Positions 57,768 to 64,000 of a stretch of DNA of 64,000 nt are shown one piece after another. The number at the start of each line of letters is the position of its first letter. Positions within the stretch are counted from its first letter, which is position 1. The stretch is taken from positions 2,730 through 66,729 of the forward strand of contig CAZIWT010000002.1 in NCBI GenBank assembly GCA_964542895.1. The letters run 5' to 3'. The position numbers were made by a program, and so were the translations under genes. This DNA comes from an uncultured Thermodesulfobacteriota bacterium. GTDB lineage: Bacteria > Desulfobacterota > Zymogenia > Zymogenales > Zymogenaceae. The notes below the pieces were generated by a model. The model did no database searches. It saw only the letters and a program-made list of their open reading frames with translations, and was not told the origin of the DNA.

Positions 57768-57843
57768 GGGCGGATAGCTCAGTTGGGAGAGCACCGGCCT
57801 TACAAGCCGGGGGTCGCAGGTTCAAGCCCTGCTCCGCCTACCA
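57768..57843 (+). tRNA. tRNA-Val (anticodon UAC)
   Basis: GGGCGGATAGCTCAGTTGGGAGAGCACCGGCCTTACAAGCCGGGGGTCGCAGGTTCAAGCCCTGCTCCGCCTACCA. G1-U72 wobble. Confidence 0.85.
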
Positions 57844-57853
57844 ATGATTTCAA

Positions 57854-57886
57854 GGGGGCCGCGGATTTTCGCGACCCCCTTTTTTA
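57854..57886 (+). terminator. rho-independent terminator after tRNA-Val
   Basis: GGGGGCCGCGGATTTTCGCGACCCCC followed by TTTTTT. Confidence 0.55.
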
Positions 57887-58179
57887 GGCGTACTATTTTA
57901 GGCGTAAAACAGCCTGTAAAAATTAGATTATCGCTTCCAGTAAGATTATACCTTCCCGTCTCCCCGCTGGTCTCCCCGATTACATTGCTCGATAGAATTA
58001 ATACAGCGTCTATTCTAATAGTTTCAAAAGGTTGGTTTAAGCTTATAGCCTTGACAGAACGAAGGTGCTAAAAGTATAATAAACGTCAGGTAAAATATTA
58101 CTTCTTCGGACGGTCATATTAATCATGCAAACGTGCTAACTTGCAAACTTGTAATATCAAGTAAAGAGTAGAGAAAAAA

Positions 58180-58698
58180 ATGAACAAAAAGGAAAACAAG
58201 ATGAACATGCTGGTTCCAACAATAATAATGGGTGTGCTTGCCCTTATCCTCCTCGTTGTTGCGTACAAGAAGGGTCAGCATATGGAGGCATTATCGGGCG
58301 GGGCGATGATGTTCTTGGAGATTGTGCCCCTCTTGGTTTTCGCCTTCATTATCGCCGGGATAATCCGCGTGCTGTTGCCCCATGATTTAGTCGCCACATG
58401 GGTGGGGGGGGAGTCAGGATTTAGGGGGATAGTGATCGGTACTCTGGCCGGGGCGATAACCCCCGGGGGACCTTACGTCAGTATGCCCATCGCCGCGGGC
58501 CTCCTCAGGGCCGGTGCCGGCATGGGGACGATGGTGGCTTTTCTCACCGCGTGGTCGATATGGGCGGTCGCGAGGCTTCCCCTCGAGGTGGGCATAATGG
58601 GCTGGAAGTTCACCGGAGTCCGCATCGTCTGCTCGTTCTTCTTCCCGCCCCTCGCGGGATTTTTGGCGCAGATATTCTTTTCGGGTGTCAAACCGTAA
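58180..58698 (+). CDS. small integral membrane protein (putative permease fragment-like)
   Basis: 172 aa, 4-5 TM helices, Gly-rich loops. Confidence 0.45.
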   Translation: MNKKENKMNMLVPTIIMGVLALILLVVAYKKGQHMEALSGGAMMFLEIVPLLVFAFIIAGIIRVLLPHDLVATWVGGESGFRGIVIGTLAGAITPGGPYVSMPIAAGLLRAGAGMGTMVAFLTAWSIWAVARLPLEVGIMGWKFTGVRIVCSFFFPPLAGFLAQIFFSGVKP

Positions 58699-58725
58699 TA
58701 TTTTTTTGGGGCGGAGATAAAAAAT

Positions 58726-59916
58726 ATGCTCAACTGGCTGAACCAAAAAATCGCGAGTGGCTTCATCAGGGATTTCAACGATACGGACAACAAAAGGGTC
58801 AGGATAAGATACGGCCTCGTATCCGGCTGGTTTTCCATCGCCGTGATATTTCTCCTATTCGTCGTGAAGATCGTCCTTGGGCTCATGGCGCACTCCGTAT
58901 CGATAATCGCCACGGCCTTTCACCTCCTCTCCCACCTTGCAAACTCGATTATCCTTGTGGTGACCTTTTACGTGACAGCACGCCCCGCCACCGAGAAGAG
59001 CCCCTTTGGCCACGGGAGGATGGAGCATATAGCGCCCCTGATCATGGCGATCTTCCTCTTCGTCTCGGCGATCTATATCGGAGAGACATCGGTCCATCAG
59101 GCCGTGGAGCCGCACGAGGTACACTACTTTAGGGCGCTTCCCTGGATACTCCTGGGCACGATGATAGTAAAGCTATTGCTGGCGCAGTTTGTCCGCTTCC
59201 TCGCCGATCGGGTAAGGTCGGAGGCTATTCACGCAAACGCCGTCCATCACGTGATCGAGGCGGTGATGACGTTTGGTGTGATTTTAGGCCTTATCATCGG
59301 CCATTCGTATCATTTCCCGGCGATAGACGGCTACATAGGGATCGTGGTCTCGGCCTGGCTTTTGTACCTCGGCTACACCCACGCAAAACACTCGATAGTG
59401 CCGATTCTGGGCAGGGCGCCGAGCAACGAGACATTGCGGAAGATTCGCGAGACCGCAAGAGGTGTGGAGGGGGTCTACGATGTCCACGAGACGATCGTCC
59501 ACGACTACGGGTCGATGTACATCATCTCGCTCCACGCGGAGATCCCGGAGAGATACGGCCCGGCCAAGATGCACGAGATAGCGGAGGTATGCGAGGGTAG
59601 GCTGAGAAAGACGTTCGGGGGGGAAAGTGTGTGTCATACCGATCCCCTTGTTGAAAAGACCCCCGAGACGGAGGCCCTCGAGAAGAAATTCGCCCGGATC
59701 GCCTCCGACTTCCCGGGGCTCAAGAGCTACCATCGATTCCGCGTGATCAGCGAGTCCCCGAAGAGGACGATAATCGCGGCGGACATAAACCTCGACGACA
59801 GGGTCCCGGAGTCCGATTACGCGGATGTCGCCAAAAACCTGGAGAGGAAGGTCATGGAGAAGATACCGAACGTCGCCTACTGCGCTTTTTATATTACTCC
59901 CAAGTTCGCCTATTAA
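58726..59916 (+). CDS. cation diffusion facilitator family transporter with extended cytoplasmic C-terminal domain
   Basis: Six TM helices with HSVSIIATAFHLLSH (TM2 metal site) and HxxxD-type TM5 motif. Then a ~180-aa soluble domain. Confidence 0.8.
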   Translation: MLNWLNQKIASGFIRDFNDTDNKRVRIRYGLVSGWFSIAVIFLLFVVKIVLGLMAHSVSIIATAFHLLSHLANSIILVVTFYVTARPATEKSPFGHGRMEHIAPLIMAIFLFVSAIYIGETSVHQAVEPHEVHYFRALPWILLGTMIVKLLLAQFVRFLADRVRSEAIHANAVHHVIEAVMTFGVILGLIIGHSYHFPAIDGYIGIVVSAWLLYLGYTHAKHSIVPILGRAPSNETLRKIRETARGVEGVYDVHETIVHDYGSMYIISLHAEIPERYGPAKMHEIAEVCEGRLRKTFGGESVCHTDPLVEKTPETEALEKKFARIASDFPGLKSYHRFRVISESPKRTIIAADINLDDRVPESDYADVAKNLERKVMEKIPNVAYCAFYITPKFAY

Positions 59917-60171
59917 TATTAGAAATTCTTGTCTTGAGGCTTCCCGCATTTTCGCCTCTTGGGCAAGGTTTTTGTATCCCGTCTTGACGGTGTGGGCTTC
60001 GCCCCAATATTGTTTTAATTGTAACCGCCGGCTCTAACATCCTTTTCATCTTCCGCCGCTCGGCTACAAGACCTCGTCGAATCCTATAAATATTCTTGTG
60101 TTGACATACCCTCTGTAATTGTGTTTAATCTCCTTAAACATCATTTTTTTGGATTCTTTTGCGGAGATGCC

Positions 60172-61419
60172 GACATGTATAGAGATGCCATCTTAAAGGA
60201 GCTTTACAGGGAGGAGGACGTAATCCTCATCGAAATGGCGAGGGATTTCACCGAGGACGTGATCATGCCCGTGAGGCAGAAGATAGACGAAGACAGGGAT
60301 CACGTGATTGTCCACGGGATCTTGGAGGGGCTCACCAACCTCGGTTTTATGAGGGCGATCTGGCCCGAGGATATCGGCGGGAGCGACATGAGCTCCGCCC
60401 TTACCTTCTCGGCGGCCTTGGAGGAGATAGCCCGGGGCGACGCGGGCATCGCCGTGAGCCTCGGGGTCAGCCTCGGATGGCTATTCCTGCCCGCCGTTGA
60501 GGTGAAAAACGAGGCGATCATCAACGACTTCGGAAAAAAGTGCTGCGAAGACGAGCTCGTTCTCGGCTGCTTCAGCATGACGGAGGCTGGAGGCCCCAGG
60601 GGAGGCGGGGGCTGTGACATCGAAAACGTGAACTTCCACGGGAAAAAGATAGGAACCAAGGCGGCCCTCGACGGCGACCACTGGGTATTAAACGGCGAGA
60701 AGATGTGGGCCTCGAACTCCGGCATAGCCGACCTCTACCTCGTGACGGCGAACACCGACCCGTCCCTCGGCGATGAGGGGATAGCCCTGATCTACGTCCC
60801 CGCCGACGCCGAGGGCCTCACGTTCGGGAAGTTCGAGAACAAGGCGGGCCTCCAGGCGGACAGGAACTGTCCCATGTTTCTGGACGGCGTCATGGTGCCG
60901 AAACAATATCGTCTCGCCGGGCCGGGGAGGGACGCCGAGTATCTCCACCAGAACCTGACCATCGGCAGGATCGGGAGCGCCGCCATGAGCGTGGGATGCG
61001 CCCAGGGGGCGTTCGAGGCAGTCCTCGAATTCACCAAGGAGAGGGTAGTGGGCCTCTCCGGAAAGCCGATCAGGCAGCACTCCATCGCCGCCGGCATGAT
61101 AGCGGACATGGCCATAGGGATAGAGACCGCAAGATCTGCCTACGTAACCGCCTCCTACAAGTACGACCGCCCCGAGGAATACGGCCCCCGCCATTCGGCG
61201 GCCCAGCTGAGCCGGGCGTCTTTGGCGAAGGTCTACGCGGCGGAGGTCGCCGTAAGCGTAACCAATAAAGCGATGGAGCTCATGGGCTCCTACGGCTACG
61301 TCAGGGAGTACGACGTGGAGAAGTACTGGAGGGACTGCAAGATAATACAGCTGTGGGAGGGGGGAGCCCAGCTGGGAAGGTTTGATATATGCCGGGGCTA
61401 CTACGATCTCGATCTTTAA
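60172..61419 (+). CDS. acyl-CoA dehydrogenase family protein
   Basis: Conserved ACAD C-terminal YVREYDVEKYWRDCKIIQLWEGGAQLGR. Start taken at MYRDAIL (the ORF track begins at 60121). Confidence 0.8.
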   Translation, partial: DMYRDAILKELYREEDVILIEMARDFTEDVIMPVRQKIDEDRDHVIVHGILEGLTNLGFMRAIWPEDIGGSDMSSALTFSAALEEIARGDAGIAVSLGVSLGWLFLPAVEVKNEAIINDFGKKCCEDELVLGCFSMTEAGGPRGGGGCDIENVNFHGKKIGTKAALDGDHWVLNGEKMWASNSGIADLYLVTANTDPSLGDEGIALIYVPADAEGLTFGKFENKAGLQADRNCPMFLDGVMVPKQYRLAGPGRDAEYLHQNLTIGRIGSAAMSVGCAQGAFEAVLEFTKERVVGLSGKPIRQHSIAAGMIADMAIGIETARSAYVTASYKYDRPEEYGPRHSAAQLSRASLAKVYAAEVAVSVTNKAMELMGSYGYVREYDVEKYWRDCKIIQLWEGGAQLGRFDICRGYYDLDL

Positions 61420-61455
61420 CGACGTGAACTTAGAACCGGAAAGCGTCCGGGCTTT

Positions 61456-61935
61456 ATGAAAGAAGGGGTTTTAGAAAAACAATTAATCGAGGAGGATATT
61501 TTGCCTTACTTTAAAGACGCCGGGGAATGCGAGGAGATACTCGGGGGATTTTTCAAGGCGGTGTTTGAAAAATACGGTGAGGGTGACGCGCTGGCTGTAA
61601 AGATAATCGATGCCTTAAAGGAGAGGGAGCTCGTGATCAAGTTTGTCTGGAGCGAGCCGGACGTGACCGTTACCTTAAGCTCCAGGGAAGATAAGTTCGG
61701 TGTGTTTCTAAACGACGACTCCATCGAGCCGGTCGCCACATTCTCCCTGACCGCCGATGACGCCCATCAATTCTGGCACGGGAAGATCAAACTCGTTAAG
61801 GCGCTGGCCACAAAACAGATAGTCGCCAAGGGGCCTATCCCGAAGATACTGAAGCTCTTGCCGATAATAGAGCCGTTGTACGAGGAGTACCCGAAGTACC
61901 TTGAGAGTATCGGAAGGAGAGACATGGTGCTGTAA
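61456..61935 (+). CDS. SCP2-like sterol/lipid-carrier domain protein (tentative)
   Basis: 159 aa. GGFFKAVFEKYGEGDALAVKIIDAL...VIKFVWSEPDVTVTL pattern. Immediately downstream of the ACAD gene. Confidence 0.4.
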   Translation: MKEGVLEKQLIEEDILPYFKDAGECEEILGGFFKAVFEKYGEGDALAVKIIDALKERELVIKFVWSEPDVTVTLSSREDKFGVFLNDDSIEPVATFSLTADDAHQFWHGKIKLVKALATKQIVAKGPIPKILKLLPIIEPLYEEYPKYLESIGRRDMVL

Positions 61936-62240
61936 CTGCTTTGAAGAAGCGGTAAATCTGTTCCTTATGATACTTCACACCCTGAAATCCCTTTGGATGT
62001 CTTTTTCTCTCTAATGAAGGGACGGTTTTGCTAAAATCTCCCGTAACGTTGGTTTCAGCGATTGCGACGCCCCGCCCCGTGTCTGTCCGCTCCTCCTCCC
62101 CTCAGAATATCCCTTGCCAGAGTGCCTATTTCCTACTATAATCAATAAAATGGATCTGTATCTGTTTTAGAGGGGCTCCGGCTTGAATTAAACGTCCGAA
62201 AAATATAGATTATAGGCGATTAAAGACGATTAAAGTGTAA

Positions 62241-63602
62241 ATGGACATCTTCGAGCACAAGGCGGAAAAAGAGAGGCGAAGGTCGGCCCCGCTGGCGGAC
62301 AGGATGAGGCCGAGGGACCTCGGCGAGTTCGTCGGACAGGAGGAGATCCTTGGGGAGGGAAAGCTCCTCAGGAGGTCCATCGAGGCGGACGAGCTGGCAT
62401 CGATGATCTTCTGGGGGCCGCCCGGGACCGGAAAGACCACGATTGCCCGGATCATCGCCGAAAAGACGGAGGCGAGGTTCGTATCCTTCTCCGCCGTGAC
62501 CTCCGGGATAAAGGACGTAAAGGAGGTGGTGGCCGGGGCGAAGGAGGACAGGAAGTACTCGGGTTTGAGGACGATCCTCTTCGTCGACGAGATCCACCGC
62601 TTCAACAAGGCGCAGCAGGACGTCTTTTTACCTTTCGTCGAGGACGGGACGATCATCCTGATCGGCGCCACCACCGAGAATCCCTCCTTCGAGGTAAACT
62701 CGGCGCTCCTCTCCCGCTGCCGCGTCTACGTCTTCTCCGCCCTTAAATTCGAAGAGATGAGATCGATCGTCGAGGCGGCGATCCGAGACACCGAGAGGGG
62801 CCTGGGGGATCTGCCGATAGTCATTGACGATGAGGCTATCGATCATCTCGCCTCCCAGTCCCACGGGGACGCCAGGATCGCGCTCTCAGGATTAGAGATC
62901 GCGGTCAAGAACACACAGCCCGAAAAGGACGGCAAGATCACGGTATCCCTCTTAACCGTCGAGGAGGCGATGCAGAAGCGGGCGCTGATGTACGACAAGG
63001 GGGGCGAAGAGCACTACAATATCATCTCGGCGCTCCACAAGTCGGTCAGGGACTCCGACCCGGACGCCGCCCTCTACTGGCTCGTGAGGATGCTGGAGGG
63101 TGGGGAGGAGCCCCTTTACATCGCGAGAAGGCTAATAAGGATGGCGGTGGAGGACATCGGGATCGCCGACCCGAGGGCCCTATCCGTTACAGTCGCCGCG
63201 AAGGAGACCTACCACTTCCTCGGGACGCCGGAGGGGGAGCTGGCCCTGGCGGAGGCGGTCATATACCTCGCCACCGCCCCCAAGAGCAACGCCGTCTACA
63301 GCGCCTTCAGCCGCGCAAGACAGGACGTCAAGAAATACGGCGCCCTGCCGGTGCCGCTGGGAATAAGAAACGCCCCCACCCGCCTGATGAAGGAGATAGG
63401 CTACGGCAAGGGATACAAGTACGCCCACGACTTTAAGGACGCCCGGGTCGACCAAAAGCGCCTCCCGGACGAGCTTGACGGCAGGGAGTATTATCAACCG
63501 ACGGATCGGGGCTACGAGGCGAGGGTGAAGGAGTGGCTGGATGAGTTCAGGAAGAAGGTCGAGGCGGCAAAAGGAAAAAAAGGATCGAAAGTAAAAAAAT
63601 AG
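62241..63602 (+). CDS. rarA: replication-associated recombination protein A (AAA+ ATPase)
   Basis: Walker A GPPGTGKTT, Walker B LFVDEIHRFNK, MgsA-specific C-terminal domains. Lys-rich tail. Confidence 0.9.
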   Translation: MDIFEHKAEKERRRSAPLADRMRPRDLGEFVGQEEILGEGKLLRRSIEADELASMIFWGPPGTGKTTIARIIAEKTEARFVSFSAVTSGIKDVKEVVAGAKEDRKYSGLRTILFVDEIHRFNKAQQDVFLPFVEDGTIILIGATTENPSFEVNSALLSRCRVYVFSALKFEEMRSIVEAAIRDTERGLGDLPIVIDDEAIDHLASQSHGDARIALSGLEIAVKNTQPEKDGKITVSLLTVEEAMQKRALMYDKGGEEHYNIISALHKSVRDSDPDAALYWLVRMLEGGEEPLYIARRLIRMAVEDIGIADPRALSVTVAAKETYHFLGTPEGELALAEAVIYLATAPKSNAVYSAFSRARQDVKKYGALPVPLGIRNAPTRLMKEIGYGKGYKYAHDFKDARVDQKRLPDELDGREYYQPTDRGYEARVKEWLDEFRKKVEAAKGKKGSKVKK

Positions 63603-63681
63603 TTTGTTTCAAGACAAATTTTTGACTAATAGGGTGTGGAAAAATTTAATTTCAATGAATTAAAAAAGACAGGAGAAAACG

Positions 63682-64000
63682 ATGAAAACAAGAAGATACG
63701 CCGTAGCGGCTCTTGCGCTGATTTTTGCGATAACGCTCTTTAACCTCACATTCGCAGCTCCCCTTACCCCGCAGGACAAGGACCAGGTCAAGTGGGTGAT
63801 CGGCTCTTTTGCGGCCAACGTCAACAACGGGAACGTCCCGGAGACGGTAAAGCTGTTCTCCCCCAACATGGATTCCTCAAGAAAGCAGGCAATAACGGAA
63901 GAGCTCTACAGCAGGGCCGCTTCCGGCGGATTGAGGCTCGAATACTTTGCCGACCTGTCCGACTCCTCGGTGGAGGAGATAACCCCGGGTGTCCTCTATA
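63682..64000 (+). CDS. secreted hypothetical protein (5' part; continues beyond the window)
   Basis: AGGAG RBS, then an ATG with signal peptide MKTRRYAVAALALIFAITLFNLTFAAP. Open to the window end. Confidence 0.5.
   Translation, partial: MKTRRYAVAALALIFAITLFNLTFAAPLTPQDKDQVKWVIGSFAANVNNGNVPETVKLFSPNMDSSRKQAITEELYSRAASGGLRLEYFADLSDSSVEEITPGVLY

Overview
This 64 kb window is a high-GC bacterial chromosomal segment, largely conserved housekeeping islands with accessory regions between them. The taxon is not assigned; the content suggests an anaerobe carrying selA and a membrane pyrophosphatase. The core blocks are: a DEAD-box helicase; selA-folK; a sensor histidine kinase plus a HAMP adenylate cyclase; a Na/Pi cotransporter; ileS-lspA-lgt; hppA; pth-rplY(ctc)-prs with tRNA-Gln, spoVG, ispE and engB; tRNA-Lys and tRNA-Leu followed by tig-clpP-clpX-lon and tRNA-Val; a CDF transporter; an acyl-CoA dehydrogenase; and rarA. 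The most interesting accessory region (about 39.7-48.0 kb, minus strand) is an apparently unannotated RiPP-type operon. It holds two paralogous precursor peptides with a conserved Lys-rich leader (KKxYEPPxxI..VDxVQALGQ) and Gly-rich cores carrying Cys every 9-11 residues, plus a degraded third copy. The rest of the operon is two radical-SAM/SPASM enzymes, two PqqD-like recognition proteins, an HPr-kinase-like kinase, a PF14907-like nucleotidyltransferase, an S24/S26-type peptidase and a translationally coupled AMP-dependent ligase. A second accessory locus (2.3-5.9 kb) has two paralogous patatin-like phospholipases flanking an uncharacterised His-motif protein. Other notable items are a tiny unannotated bS22-like ribosomal protein with a TTG start, similar low-complexity in-frame inserts in Pth and IspE, a low-GC TPR gene next to tRNA genes, an intergenic repeat family around tig/clpP/clpX, and a frameshifted GNAT gene. 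No CRISPR array, transposase or integrase was seen.
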